Shown piece after piece: positions 17,811 to 27,928 of a stretch of DNA of 64,000 bases; within the stretch, counting starts at the first letter, position 1; each line of letters begins with the position of its first letter. The notes beneath the pieces were generated by a model. That model had not been told where the DNA came from. It ran no database searches and saw only the letters and a list, made by a program, of their open reading frames with translations. The translations under genes and the position numbers were made by a program. The DNA is taken from assembly GCA_036312945.1 (NCBI GenBank), contig JAXJNA010000044.1, positions 4,810-68,809 of the forward strand, in the 5' to 3' direction. This DNA is from Anaerostipes hadrus (GTDB taxonomy: Bacteria; Bacillota; Clostridia; Lachnospirales; Lachnospiraceae).

Positions 17811-18569
17811 TTACAACACACCTCCTAAGAACATCAATGCCATAAAAGAACCTGCTGCAAGGAATACCGCCAACAGTATCGATTCACAGACTCTTAAGAT
17901 CCCTGACATCATGTCTCCGCCGATCATATCCCGAAGTGCATTAACAAATGCAACTCCAGGAACCAACAGCATGATATTACCGATGATGATCTTTCCATAA
18001 TCCTCTGTCAGTCCGAATTTTGCACTGATATATGCAAATGCTGCAACAAAAAATGACAATAGAAAGTTTAATACCATTTCGTTGGGTGCTAAGATCTTGA
18101 TATATCTTGCAAGGATCGTAACAAATGCTCCTGCGATCATTGCTATGATCCCTTCTGTAACGCCACCTCCATAAAATGATGTCCATGCTGCTGCAATGAC
18201 CGCTGATGTAAGAACTTCCTCTGTAAAAACGACGAATTTTCCCTTTTTGATCTCTGCGATCTTTTGCTTTACTTCCTCTTCTTCCGGAAGTTCTTTACAC
18301 ATATATCTTGATAACTGATTTAACTCATCCAATTTGGTAAAGTCTGTCTTATATGACCTGATACGCTTTGTCTGCGTTAAGATTTCTCCTTTTTCGTCTT
18401 CGATCGTTGTTACAATACTTGATGTGATAGAAAATACATTGGCTTCTTTTGCTCCATACGCTTTACAGATTCTTGAAATCGTATCTTCTACCCTTGAAAC
18501 ACCTGCTCCTGACACTAACATGCATTCCCCGATCTCCATTGCGTATTTTAATACTTTTTTCATTTCCAT
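17811..18569 (-). CDS. threonine/serine exporter family protein (ThrE/YjjP-like, DUF1212-type)
   Basis: 252 aa. Soluble N-terminal part (GECMLVSGAGVSRVEDTISRI) followed by a TM bundle. Confidence 0.8.
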   Translation of the reverse strand: MEMKKVLKYAMEIGECMLVSGAGVSRVEDTISRICKAYGAKEANVFSITSSIVTTIEDEKGEILTQTKRIRSYKTDFTKLDELNQLSRYMCKELPEEEEVKQKIAEIKKGKFVVFTEEVLTSAVIAAAWTSFYGGGVTEGIIAMIAGAFVTILARYIKILAPNEMVLNFLLSFFVAAFAYISAKFGLTEDYGKIIIGNIMLLVPGVAFVNALRDMIGGDMMSGILRVCESILLAVFLAAGSFMALMFLGGVL

Positions 18570-18620
18570 AACATCTATCTCCTGTTATCTGGTTTCTCGA
18601 AATTGACTGTATTGTAACAC

Positions 18621-18652
18621 AAAAGAAACCCTTGTGCTATGATCACACAAGG
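18621..18652 (-). terminator. intrinsic terminator after degV-family gene
   Basis: Minus strand CCTTGTG-(9 nt)-CACAAGG followed by GTTTCTTTT. Confidence 0.65.
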
Positions 18653-18724
18653 ATTTCATGTAAAATTCAAATTTTCTTTACATTTCTTTTAAATGACAAG
18701 AAAATATACTATATCGTTTTATTA

Positions 18725-19594
18725 CTAATCATCAATCTTATGTGTCCATGCAACCGCCAATGCACCTGCACCGATATGGCATGCAACACTTAAAGATAAT
18801 GGATCTTGATGGAATTCCATTCCTGGGAATTCTGCCATCAGTTCTTCTTTCCATTTGAGTGCTGCTTCTTCGTCTTTTGTATATGCAGACTGAAGATATG
18901 CGTGTCTACCAAAATCTCCATCTGGGAAACGCTCTTCTAGCTCTTTTCTTACTGCTGCGATCATCTTTTTCTTTGCCTGTTTGACACCTCTTGTCTTCGC
19001 AAATGCATCCAGCTTCTCGCCATGGATCTGTAAAACTGGTTTGATTCCAAGCACTGTACCGATGGCTGCTCCTGCTGTTGTAACACGTCCGCCTTTCTTC
19101 AGATACTTTAACGTATCTACCATGATATAGATTCCGGAATCTAATTTGTCTGCTTCTAAGATGTCTTTGATCTCTTTGGCTGACTTTCCTTCTTCCGCTA
19201 ATTTGGCCGCATCTAAGACAGACTGTCTCTGTGTGACAGAAATCCTCTGGTTATCTACAACCTGAACTTTTCCATCGTAATCATCTGCTAACATTGCCGC
19301 TGTCGCACAGGAACTGCTTAATCCACTGGACATCGCGATGTGCACGATCTCATCATGGTCTTCTAATAACTTCTCCCACAGATCCAACACATCTCCAGGT
19401 GCAGGCTGAGATGTTTTAATATCTTCATCTTCGTTTAACTTCTGATAAAATTCATCCTGTGTTAATGTAATATCTTCAAAATATAATTCTTCATTAATAT
19501 AAAATGGCATTGGAATCACTGAGATTCCTAATTCTTTACCTTCTTTTTGAGTAATTCCGCTGTTACTATCTGTTACGATCGCAATCTTGCCCAT
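18725..19594 (-). CDS. DegV-family fatty-acid-binding protein
   Basis: 289 aa. IAIVTDSNSGI N-terminus and a colinear DegV fold signature (TSQPAPGD, LKKGGR). Confidence 0.9.
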   Translation of the reverse strand: MGKIAIVTDSNSGITQKEGKELGISVIPMPFYINEELYFEDITLTQDEFYQKLNEDEDIKTSQPAPGDVLDLWEKLLEDHDEIVHIAMSSGLSSSCATAAMLADDYDGKVQVVDNQRISVTQRQSVLDAAKLAEEGKSAKEIKDILEADKLDSGIYIMVDTLKYLKKGGRVTTAGAAIGTVLGIKPVLQIHGEKLDAFAKTRGVKQAKKKMIAAVRKELEERFPDGDFGRHAYLQSAYTKDEEAALKWKEELMAEFPGMEFHQDPLSLSVACHIGAGALAVAWTHKIDD

Positions 19595-19654
19595 TCTTCT
19601 AATCCCTTTCTTTAAATTTCCTATCGATATATCTGTTTTTTGCCTTTATCTCAC

Positions 19655-19684
19655 ATCATAACAGAGATTCATAGATATCGTCAA
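19655..19684 (-). promoter_or_regulatory. sigma-A-type promoter for the degV-family gene
   Basis: Minus strand TTGACG (19679-19684), 18-nt spacer, TATGAT (19655-19660). Confidence 0.5.
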
Positions 19685-19718
19685 AGGTTTTCCCATCATA
19701 TTTGGAAAAAATACATAA

Positions 19719-20270
19719 CTATTTTGTGATTTCCTGCAAAAATCTTGCTATCGGAAATCCTACAACATTGTAGTAATCTCCTTCGATCCCTTTGATAAAG
19801 ACAGCTGCTTTTCCTTGAATTCCATAAGATCCAGCCTTATCCATAGGTTCTCCAGTCTTGATATAATGATCGATCTGCTTATCACTGATCTCATAAAATG
19901 TAACTTTTGTTTCTTCATAAAATGTTTTTGTTTTTCCATCTTCGATGACGCAAACTCCTGTATACACTTCATGTGTCTGTCCACTTAACATCGTAAGCAT
20001 TCTTTTGGCGTCCGCTTCGTCTGCTGGTTTCCCAAGAATCTGCCCCTGATAGGCTACAACAGTATCTGCTCCCACGACCATACTTTGTTTCTCTGATTTC
20101 TCATATATGTCTTTCGCTTTAATCGACGCTAATTCCATAACTACTTCATTTGGTGCTGTTTTCGTTGTGATCTCTTGTGCATCGCTTGGCATAACATCAA
20201 ATTTCAGATCAGCAAGTTCTAAGATTTCTTTTCTTCTTGGGGAAGCAGATGCTAATATAATATGTTTCAT
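19719..20270 (-). CDS. maf: Maf-family nucleoside triphosphate pyrophosphatase
   Basis: MKHIILASASPRRKEIL..DKAGSYGIQG. The longer ORF-track start at 20363 would run through the pnp terminator, so the ATG at 20268-20270 is preferred. Confidence 0.9.
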   Translation of the reverse strand: MKHIILASASPRRKEILELADLKFDVMPSDAQEITTKTAPNEVVMELASIKAKDIYEKSEKQSMVVGADTVVAYQGQILGKPADEADAKRMLTMLSGQTHEVYTGVCVIEDGKTKTFYEETKVTFYEISDKQIDHYIKTGEPMDKAGSYGIQGKAAVFIKGIEGDYYNVVGFPIARFLQEITK

Positions 20271-20328
20271 TTGTTTTATCCTCTTATTTGGGTTTATTTT
20301 ACTTAAGTTATCAAATTCTCCTACAGAA

Positions 20329-20371
20329 CAAAAAAGCAGCTTTTCATACACTTTCGCATACAAAAAGCTGT
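20329..20371 (-). terminator. intrinsic terminator after pnp
   Basis: Minus strand CAGCTTTT-(loop)-AAAAGCTG followed by CTTTTTTG. Confidence 0.7.
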
Positions 20372-20385
20372 TTTTTCATTCTTAA

Positions 20386-22476
20386 TTAATCTTCAATCTT
20401 TTCTTCTAATTTCAGATTGATTCTTCCCATCTTGTCGATCTCTAATACTTTGACAGCTACTTTGTCTCCGATATTCACGACGTCTTCTACTTTCTCAACT
20501 CTTTCATTAGAAAGTTTTGAAATGTGGATCATTCCGTCTTTGTTTGGAGAAAGCTGTACGAATGCACCGAAGTTCATGATCCTTACAACTTCACCTTCGT
20601 AAATATCTCCAACATTCAATGGTTCTACGATGGATTTGATGATGCTGATCGCTTTATCGATCATTGCCTGATCTTCGCTTAAGATATCAATACGTCCGCT
20701 TTCGTCAATATCAATCTTAACACCTGTTTCATCAATGATTCCATTGATCGTTTTACCCTGTTTACCGATAACTTCTGAAATCTTCTCAGGATCGATCGTA
20801 TACTGAGAGATCTTTGGAGCGAATTCTCCAACGTGGTCTCTTGCAGCTGGGATCACTGGGTTCATAACATCATGAAGGATATGTGTTCTTGCTTCTTTTG
20901 TTCTCGCAATTGCTTCGCGGATGATCTGTTCTGTTAATCCATGAATCTTGATATCCATCTGGATCGCTGTGATACCTTTATCTGTACCTGCTACTTTAAA
21001 GTCCATATCTCCAAAGAAGTCTTCTAGTCCCTGGATATCTGTTAAGATGATGTAATCGTCATCTCCTTCTCCTGTTACAAGTCCAACAGAGATACCTGCA
21101 ACTGGAGCTTTCACCGGAACGCCTGCTGCCATTAATGACAGAGATGAAGCACAGATACTTCCCTGAGATGTAGATCCGTTAGATTCCATGATCTCTGATA
21201 CTGTACGGATCGCATATGGGAATTCTTCTTCACTTGGTAATACTGGAACTAATGCACGCTCTGCTAATGCACCATGTCCGATCTCACGACGTCCTGGTCC
21301 TCTGCTTGGTCTTGTTTCTCCTACAGAGTAAGAAGGGAAGTTATAGTGATGCATATAACGTTTTGTTGTTTCTGTTACATCGATTCCATCAAGACGCTGT
21401 GCTTCAGATAATGATCCGAGTGTTGTCACTGTCATAACCTGAGTCTGTCCTCTCTGGAATAATGCAGATCCGTGAACTCTTGGCAGGCAGTCAACTTCTG
21501 CGTGAAGTGGGCGGATCTGTTTGATATCACGACCATCTGGACGTTTGTGATCTTTTAAAATCATCTTACGGACAGTCTTCTTCTGGAATGCATAAACAGC
21601 TTCACCGATCTGTGCTAACCATTCTTCATTCTCAGCATATCTTTCTTCTAATTTCTCTTCGATCGCACGAATATTTGCTTCTCTTGTCTGTTTATCATCT
21701 GTAAATACAGCTTCTTCCATTGCTTCTGGAGTAATGAAAGCTACCATATCATCATACATCTCTGGATCTACGATATGATGCTCGTAGTCGTGTTTTTCTT
21801 TTCCACATTCAGCAACAATTGTATCGATGAATTTGATAATCTCCTGGTTCACTTCATGAGCCTTGAAGATTGCTTCTAACATCACATCTTCTGGTACTTC
21901 ATTCGCACCAGCTTCGATCATGATAACTTTTTCTCTTGTAGATGCAACAGTTAATGCAAGATCAGAAACTTCTTTCTGTGCAGAAGTTGGGTTGATCACG
22001 AATTCTCCGTCGATCAGTCCTACCATTGTAGATGCTGTAGGTCCGTCAAATGGGATATCTGAAATTGCTGTTGCGATCGCAGAACCAAGCATTGCTGTAA
22101 GTTCTGGGCTGCAATCTGGGTCTACAGACATAACTAAGTTGTTTAATGCAACGTCATTTCTGTAGTCTTTTGGAAACAGTGGTCTCATTGGACGGTCGAT
22201 TACACGGTCTGTAAGAATTGCATTCTCAGAAGGTTTTCCTTCTCTCTTTAAATATCCACCTGGGATCTTACCTACTGCATATAATTTCTCTTCGTATTCT
22301 ACACTTAATGGGAAGAAATCAATTCCATCTCTTGGCTTTTCAGATGCTGTTGCTGTAGATAATACAACAGTATCACCGTAGTGCATAAATGCTGCACCGT
22401 TTGCCTGTGCTGCAACACGTCCAACTTCTACCATCAGTGTACGTCCTGCAAGTTCCATACTAAACTGTTTTGTCAT
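20386..22476 (-). CDS. pnp: polyribonucleotide nucleotidyltransferase (PNPase)
   Basis: 696 aa. Two RNase PH domains, a KH domain, and an S1 domain (GEVVRIMNFGAFVQL). Confidence 0.97.
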   Translation of the reverse strand: MTKQFSMELAGRTLMVEVGRVAAQANGAAFMHYGDTVVLSTATASEKPRDGIDFFPLSVEYEEKLYAVGKIPGGYLKREGKPSENAILTDRVIDRPMRPLFPKDYRNDVALNNLVMSVDPDCSPELTAMLGSAIATAISDIPFDGPTASTMVGLIDGEFVINPTSAQKEVSDLALTVASTREKVIMIEAGANEVPEDVMLEAIFKAHEVNQEIIKFIDTIVAECGKEKHDYEHHIVDPEMYDDMVAFITPEAMEEAVFTDDKQTREANIRAIEEKLEERYAENEEWLAQIGEAVYAFQKKTVRKMILKDHKRPDGRDIKQIRPLHAEVDCLPRVHGSALFQRGQTQVMTVTTLGSLSEAQRLDGIDVTETTKRYMHHYNFPSYSVGETRPSRGPGRREIGHGALAERALVPVLPSEEEFPYAIRTVSEIMESNGSTSQGSICASSLSLMAAGVPVKAPVAGISVGLVTGEGDDDYIILTDIQGLEDFFGDMDFKVAGTDKGITAIQMDIKIHGLTEQIIREAIARTKEARTHILHDVMNPVIPAARDHVGEFAPKISQYTIDPEKISEVIGKQGKTINGIIDETGVKIDIDESGRIDILSEDQAMIDKAISIIKSIVEPLNVGDIYEGEVVRIMNFGAFVQLSPNKDGMIHISKLSNERVEKVEDVVNIGDKVAVKVLEIDKMGRINLKLEEKIED

Positions 22477-22608
22477 AGTTCGTCTCCTTTATATTTTTTG
22501 TCTTAAGGCGCCGAAACAACTGAAAAACCGACTACTTGTCTTCCTTCATGTTGTAATAAGCTTTTCAGCAGTCTCGGAAAACGCCTCAGTAACCTAGTTA
22601 GTATAGCA
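22477..22608 (-). promoter_or_regulatory. pnp promoter (extended -10 TGCTATACT at 22600-22608) plus a ~120-nt structured 5' leader
   Basis: Minus strand reads ccaTGcTATACTaac. The leader has complementary segments CTGAAAA / TTTTCAG and a GGCGCC-centred helix. Confidence 0.45.
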
Positions 22609-22682
22609 TGGTTTGTTTAAAAAGACCAGATGATTTTTATTTTATTGGGGATTTCTTTCTCATGATATATGAAATTTATACA

Positions 22683-22737
22683 AAAGATAAGAACAGACAG
22701 CATGTTTCTTGTTTTAAGAAGCACACTGTCTGTTTTC
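22683..22737 (-). terminator. intrinsic terminator after the large surface-protein gene
   Basis: Minus strand AGAACAGACAG-(loop)-CTGTCTGTTCT followed by TATCTTTTGT. The 5' arm abuts the stop codon. Confidence 0.65.
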
Positions 22738-25700
22738 TTATTTGATCTTAAGTTTTATTCTTGCTTTCTTTCCGCTTCCATCGGTTGCCATTGCGGTTAT
22801 GATAACTGTCTTTTTCTTTCCAGCTCTTTGCGCTTTGACTTTTCCTGTCGATGAAACTGTTGCATATCTTGTATTACTTGATGTCCACAACAGCTTCTTA
22901 TTTGCTCCTTTGGATGCCTTGATCTTTGCTTTTAATTTTAATGTTTTTCCTACCTTGACTGTTTTCTTTCCTTTGATGGAAATCTTCTTCACGATTCCTT
23001 TCATAACTTTGATCCCAAAAGTTGCTTTTTTACCGCTTCCATCATTGGCAGCTGCAGTAATCGTTACTGTCTTTTTGCCCGTCTTCTTCTTGATCGTTAC
23101 CTTTCCTTTGGCATCTACCGTTGCGATCTTTGGATTGCTTGACTTCCATGTAATCTTTTGATTCGATGCCTGTTTAGGCAAAATATCGGCTGTCAGCAAG
23201 ATTTTTGTTCCGGCTGCGATCTTATGAGAAATACCCTTGATCGAAATCTTTGTGATTTTCTTTGTATTTCCTGATCCTGAAGGCTTTTGTCCTGAATCAT
23301 TTGCTGCATCCGATGGTTTTGTCGTTCCTGGATTCGTTGTTCCCGATCCTGTAGTATTTGTACTTCCAATTTGGAAGTTTTTCTTCATGCTGCCTGTATA
23401 ACGATTCTTTCCTGTGATAATGACAACCGCAGTTCCAGCATTGATATTATTCTGATATTTTACATCATAATCAACACCTTTGATCAACTGCAATTCTCCT
23501 CTTTTCACCGTAACTTCTGGTGTTTTTGCTGTTCCATCTGGTGTATATCTTTCATTTTCAAGGATCACCGTACAGTCTGAAATATTATTTTCTCCTGGAA
23601 GTTCCCATCGATATACAACACCATAATAGCAATCATTCTGTGAATTGCTGTCTTTGTCATCGGCTGTAACCTGCATACTGCAATAGGCATTCTGTGATGC
23701 GTCAAATTTCATATCCTTCGTCTTATATTCTACTGAAATTTCACTGCTTTCCCCTGCTTTTACGGTCTTGATCTCCTTTGTTTCCTGCTTGTTTGATAAC
23801 TGGTTATCTGCATAGATATTCAGATTTCCAGAAGTATCGATCTGGCCTTCATTTTTAATCGTTACGGTATATTTTACCCCATCTTTTACAATCTCTTTTT
23901 TCACATCTGATATCGCAAGATCACAGTAAGATACTTCCTTCTTTAACTGCGTATTGGTGGTATCAGTCTGTCCATCGGCAACTGTCTGAACGGTAAAGTT
24001 CTCAATCTTAGACAGATTATCAAACGTAAATGTGTCTTCAAAAAATGCGGACTCTCCAGGAAGAAGATTACAAGATACTTCTTTCTGTAAGATCGTTCCA
24101 TCATCGTTACTAACCTTTAACTCAAAACTTTTCAATGTTTCTTCGCTGTTATTTGTGACAGTATAGGAAATCGGCTGTTTCCCTTTCTCTGTCATTGCTT
24201 CACTGTCAAGGATCATATCATTGATCTCAAGTTTGGGTTCTAATTTTTTATGTAAATGATACATGCTCGTTTTTTCGCTGTCTTGCAAGTCCGTTGCACT
24301 AAATACGATATCCCATGTTCCATCGTCATCCATGACAGCTGTGAAGTTATTTCCTGATACTCCTGATTTCGTATATAGGTTGACTGGTTTGCTATATCCA
24401 TTTTCTGTTTTTACGGAAGAATAGAAATTACATCCTGTTGTATCATTTTCCATCCAGATCACCACATCTTTATTTCCGTTGCTTACCTGAACTGCATTCG
24501 CTCCAGTAAATGGCTGATCGGAATTTGTTATTTCCTGTGACTCTTCTTTATTGATATCATAGGATTTTAAAACCCCGTCCTCAAGGTATGTCACTTCATC
24601 AGGATTTGCACTAAGATTGGAAATATTATGATCCCCATCTGTCAATTGCTTCATTCCATCATTATTAGAACGGTTCATGTAATATAATTTTGTCTTTTGT
24701 TCCTCATCTATTCCCACATAAAACGCTTGATACGTACCATTATTTTTTGAATAGGTACCTTTTAATTCTGAAATATATGCATTCGTCTTTTGAAGTGGTG
24801 CAATTCCAATATTCCATGCTCCATGGACACATTCCGTAGTCATGATCGTTTTTTCACATTGAGATGTTAATGGATTCTTTAATTCCATTCCAATCCACAT
24901 AAACGCAGCCGTTCCATCTTTATCAATCACCTGAGGCATGATATTGGCTCTGTTTTTGCTTACAATTTTACGCTTAACTTCAAAAGATCTCGTTGACGGA
25001 TCATATTGGCTGATGTAAATACCACTTGCAGATATCATAGATTTTATCTGTTCTTCTGCACTGCCACTTTCAATCGTTGTATTACATTTCTGCCATGCTA
25101 CAAAAACATCATCGCCAACCTGCTTAATATCTGCAAATGTATCTAAAGTTCCATCATCCAAAAAGGCTTCTGGCTGTGACCAGCTTCCATTATGATAGAC
25201 AGAATACATTAATTTTACACTGTTTTGCGTTTTCCTCGCTGCATCGTTTGACTGGAAGATCATAATGAGATCGTCTTTATATTTTACCATCTTTGGCATC
25301 GTATTTGGCAAGATATAGCTTTGCAGTTCTTTTACGGAAACCACTGTATTCGCTACTGCTCTTGCCTTCATTTTTGCAGTATTTCCGTTCCATGCACTTG
25401 TTTTACTCTGATACGATCTGTCTGTCAGCGTAAGCTGACTGCTTCTTTTCATTGCCTTTGTCTTTGCTCCATACGTACTTGTCTCTGAAGCACTTTTCTC
25501 TTTTTTGGAAGTTGTATCCCACAATGGAATCGTTACTTTTGCCAATGTATACGAGCCGTCAAATACAAACATAATCTTTGCTTTCACTGATGCACTTCCA
25601 CTCAACGTTCCAACGGTCCATGGAAGCAGCTGCCAATCTAAAGAGGCATCTCCTGATACTCCTAAAGTTGCCACGCCACTGACTCCAACACCTGCCCCAA

Positions 25701-27501
25701 TACCAAATGCCGGTATCAGATTGACACTTCCTGAAAGAGTTGCCTTCGAGTCTTTCAATTTCTCAAGATTGGCCGTACCTTTGGCTTTGACGGATCCACT
25801 GCTTTCAATATAATATGGAATTGGAATTGGTGCAGTCAGGCACTGCTGGGTTTTGGAACCTTTCCATTCCAGAGTTAAAACTAATTTTCCTGTATCAGAT
25901 ATGACCGCACCATTTTCATCGCATTTCATTTCATAATACCCGAGAACCTGCATTTGTGGCTTGGCTTCGAATTTGCTTGTGAGTGTAAAACTTGACTGCC
26001 TCGCATTAAAAGCACTCATCAGAGATTTCATGGTATCTTGCTTCTTAATGCTATCAAATGCATCTTCGATGTCTTTCTTATACTTATCCCACGTCTTATC
26101 AGTACCTATAAACAGATTATCCTTGGTTCCCATGGACATCTTGAGTGTGTAGCCGCCATCTTCATTGCTTTCTACCTCTGATTTTGTATTGATCATCGGA
26201 AACCCGATGCTAAAATCTCCTGGGAAGAACTGTGCGATCGGATCATTTGTATTTCCAGATACTTTGTCTAAAATTTTTATGGAACTTGATGGCGTTGGCA
26301 GGTTGGCTGATTCTTTATCCTTATATTCTGGTTGTTTGATCTCAACTTTATCGTCATCCTTATCTCCGGTGTCTGTATCTCCTCCAGTTGGAATATCTGC
26401 ACTGTTAAATGTTCCATCACTGCTTACTGTACCAGCATGACTCCATAAATTATCTGAAGAAATATCTAGTTTCAAGGCTGGACGTACACCTCCACCTGTT
26501 ATTGTATCCACATACGCTGACCAATTCGCATTTCCATCATAAAAAATTCTCGCTGCTATATTCCTATCTCCGCCTGGCGATCTCAACCACCAGGAGCAAT
26601 TCCCTACAAGGTCTTTATCCGTATCTGTATATATTCCCTCCGCCTTGGCATAAGTACTGCTTTTACTTCTTTTTGCATTATCTTTGATCTTTCTTCCACT
26701 TGCAAAACCATAATTTTTTGCTGCATCTGTATGAATTTCTGACTCAGATAGCAAAAAAATCTTATCTTGTGTATCATTTCCCCCTTCAGTATTTGTATAT
26801 AAATTATTATTATTTTTAACATCTGATTTTTTGATCGCATTCTCTTCCTCTGTTGTAAATGCACAATCAAGAAATTTTCCATTCATGAAACTTCTAAGTG
26901 TACTTTTTTCCCATGTCACAGCTGTATTTTTTGTATGATAGCTTTGATGTTCTAACACTCTGTCTGCAAGAAGAAATGCTTCCCCTGCCTGCACATCTAA
27001 AACCCTCCATTTGATTTTGTCATATCGAAAATAATGATAGGGTGTGTCATTTTTATCGCTCCAGTCAAAATAAACAGAACCAGTATAGACTTTGGCTATA
27101 TCACCCGCACTGATCCTTCGATATTTCGTTCCATCGATCACCGCATCTCCGTTACTGTCCCAATTTGTCTGACTAGTTAGTTTGGCATAGGTTTTTGCAT
27201 CAACCTCATAATCTCCTGTCTCTGCCCAGCTTTTTTGATACGTACCACTTGTTTCCTTTTTGTCTACAATCTCTGTCTGCGGATAGCTTCCAAAATAAAT
27301 GCAATCCCATGTCACCTTCTGTCCAGCATCCAAGGAACTATCTTTTTCTATCCTTGGATTTCTTAATGTCGCTGCGGACACATTTTTCTCGCTCGCAGCC
27401 ATTTTCCTCATATCCTGCGGAAAAACGGACAGAATCATTCCTGTTGCAAGAATGACAGATACACATTTTCTGGCCATTGATCCAAACTTTAATAATTTCA
27501 T
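22738..27501 (-). CDS. very large secreted/cell-surface protein (DUF6273-like N-domain, beta-rich central region, C-terminal Big_2 Ig-like repeats)
   Basis: AGGAGGG lies 6 nt before the ATG at 27499-27501 (MKLLKFGSMARKCVSVILATGMIL, signal peptide). The N-domain has the WWLRSPG...GVRPAL signature. The C-terminus has three Big_2-like repeats (ITWKSSNPKIATVDAKGKVT, LLWTSSNTRYATVSSTGKV). No LPXTG motif was seen. Confidence 0.85.
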   Translation of the reverse strand: MKLLKFGSMARKCVSVILATGMILSVFPQDMRKMAASEKNVSAATLRNPRIEKDSSLDAGQKVTWDCIYFGSYPQTEIVDKKETSGTYQKSWAETGDYEVDAKTYAKLTSQTNWDSNGDAVIDGTKYRRISAGDIAKVYTGSVYFDWSDKNDTPYHYFRYDKIKWRVLDVQAGEAFLLADRVLEHQSYHTKNTAVTWEKSTLRSFMNGKFLDCAFTTEEENAIKKSDVKNNNNLYTNTEGGNDTQDKIFLLSESEIHTDAAKNYGFASGRKIKDNAKRSKSSTYAKAEGIYTDTDKDLVGNCSWWLRSPGGDRNIAARIFYDGNANWSAYVDTITGGGVRPALKLDISSDNLWSHAGTVSSDGTFNSADIPTGGDTDTGDKDDDKVEIKQPEYKDKESANLPTPSSSIKILDKVSGNTNDPIAQFFPGDFSIGFPMINTKSEVESNEDGGYTLKMSMGTKDNLFIGTDKTWDKYKKDIEDAFDSIKKQDTMKSLMSAFNARQSSFTLTSKFEAKPQMQVLGYYEMKCDENGAVISDTGKLVLTLEWKGSKTQQCLTAPIPIPYYIESSGSVKAKGTANLEKLKDSKATLSGSVNLIPAFGIGAGVGVSGVATLGVSGDASLDWQLLPWTVGTLSGSASVKAKIMFVFDGSYTLAKVTIPLWDTTSKKEKSASETSTYGAKTKAMKRSSQLTLTDRSYQSKTSAWNGNTAKMKARAVANTVVSVKELQSYILPNTMPKMVKYKDDLIMIFQSNDAARKTQNSVKLMYSVYHNGSWSQPEAFLDDGTLDTFADIKQVGDDVFVAWQKCNTTIESGSAEEQIKSMISASGIYISQYDPSTRSFEVKRKIVSKNRANIMPQVIDKDGTAAFMWIGMELKNPLTSQCEKTIMTTECVHGAWNIGIAPLQKTNAYISELKGTYSKNNGTYQAFYVGIDEEQKTKLYYMNRSNNDGMKQLTDGDHNISNLSANPDEVTYLEDGVLKSYDINKEESQEITNSDQPFTGANAVQVSNGNKDVVIWMENDTTGCNFYSSVKTENGYSKPVNLYTKSGVSGNNFTAVMDDDGTWDIVFSATDLQDSEKTSMYHLHKKLEPKLEINDMILDSEAMTEKGKQPISYTVTNNSEETLKSFELKVSNDDGTILQKEVSCNLLPGESAFFEDTFTFDNLSKIENFTVQTVADGQTDTTNTQLKKEVSYCDLAISDVKKEIVKDGVKYTVTIKNEGQIDTSGNLNIYADNQLSNKQETKEIKTVKAGESSEISVEYKTKDMKFDASQNAYCSMQVTADDKDSNSQNDCYYGVVYRWELPGENNISDCTVILENERYTPDGTAKTPEVTVKRGELQLIKGVDYDVKYQNNINAGTAVVIITGKNRYTGSMKKNFQIGSTNTTGSGTTNPGTTKPSDAANDSGQKPSGSGNTKKITKISIKGISHKIAAGTKILLTADILPKQASNQKITWKSSNPKIATVDAKGKVTIKKKTGKKTVTITAAANDGSGKKATFGIKVMKGIVKKISIKGKKTVKVGKTLKLKAKIKASKGANKKLLWTSSNTRYATVSSTGKVKAQRAGKKKTVIITAMATDGSGKKARIKLKIK

Positions 27502-27549
27502 CTGTTCCCTCCTTTTTTTCATACTATTTTTTCATAAAAATATGATTTT

Positions 27550-27558
27550 ATTATACCA
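27550..27558 (-). promoter_or_regulatory. extended -10 promoter (TGGTATAAT) of the surface-protein gene
   Basis: Minus strand reads gaTGgTATAATaaaatc, about 45 nt upstream of the start codon. Confidence 0.5.
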
Positions 27559-27567
27559 TCTCTATAT

Positions 27568-27596
27568 ATAAAAAAGAATCCTGCATTGCAGGATTC
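27568..27596 (-). terminator. second tandem intrinsic terminator downstream of rpsO
   Basis: Minus strand GAATCCTGC-aat-GCAGGATTC followed by TTTTTTAT. Confidence 0.7.
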
Positions 27597-27605
27597 TCCT
27601 ATAAG

Positions 27606-27640
27606 CAAAAAACTGCCGCATGACATTCCATGCGGCAGTT
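27606..27640 (-). terminator. rpsO intrinsic terminator
   Basis: Minus strand CTGCCGCATG-(6 nt)-CATGCGGCAG followed by TTTTTTG. Confidence 0.8.
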
Positions 27641-27661
27641 TCAATATCTTCATTGATAAGA

Positions 27662-27928
27662 TTATTTTCTTAATCCTAATTTTTCGATTAATGAACGATA
27701 TCTTTCAACATCTTTGCTCTTTAAGTAAGCTAATAAGTTACGTCTCTTACCAACCATCTTAAGAAGTCCTCTTCTTGAATGATGATCTTTTGGATGCTGA
27801 TTGAAGTGATCCTGAAGTTCGTTGATTCTAGCTGTTAAGATTGCTACCTGAACCTCTGGTGAACCTGTATCTTTTGCGTCTTTACCGTATTTAGCTACGA
27901 TTTCTGCTTTCTTTTCTGATGAAATCAT
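27662..27928 (-). CDS. rpsO: 30S ribosomal protein S15
   Basis: 88 aa with [23 protein letters not shown]. Confidence 0.97.
   Translation of the reverse strand: MISSEKKAEIVAKYGKDAKDTGSPEVQVAILTARINELQDHFNQHPKDHHSRRGLLKMVGKRRNLLAYLKSKDVERYRSLIEKLGLRK

Noticed and set aside
19719-20363. Long N-terminal extensions offered by the ORF track (maf to 20363, mutS to 54135, miaB to 55582, radC to 46828, sepF to 33367, minD to 40009, TPR to 9177, first ORF to 907)
   Set aside because: The track uses the most upstream ATG/GTG/TTG. In each case the extension runs through an upstream gene end, a terminator or the gene's own promoter. A downstream ATG with a good Shine-Dalgarno reproduces the canonical family N-terminus.
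22742-27571. Multiple plus-strand and alternative-frame ORFs within the 1587-aa surface-protein gene (e.g. 22742..23161, 25505..25813, 26604..26882)
   Set aside because: They are embedded in or antisense to a continuous 4.8-kb reading frame with clear domain content. The translations are low-complexity.
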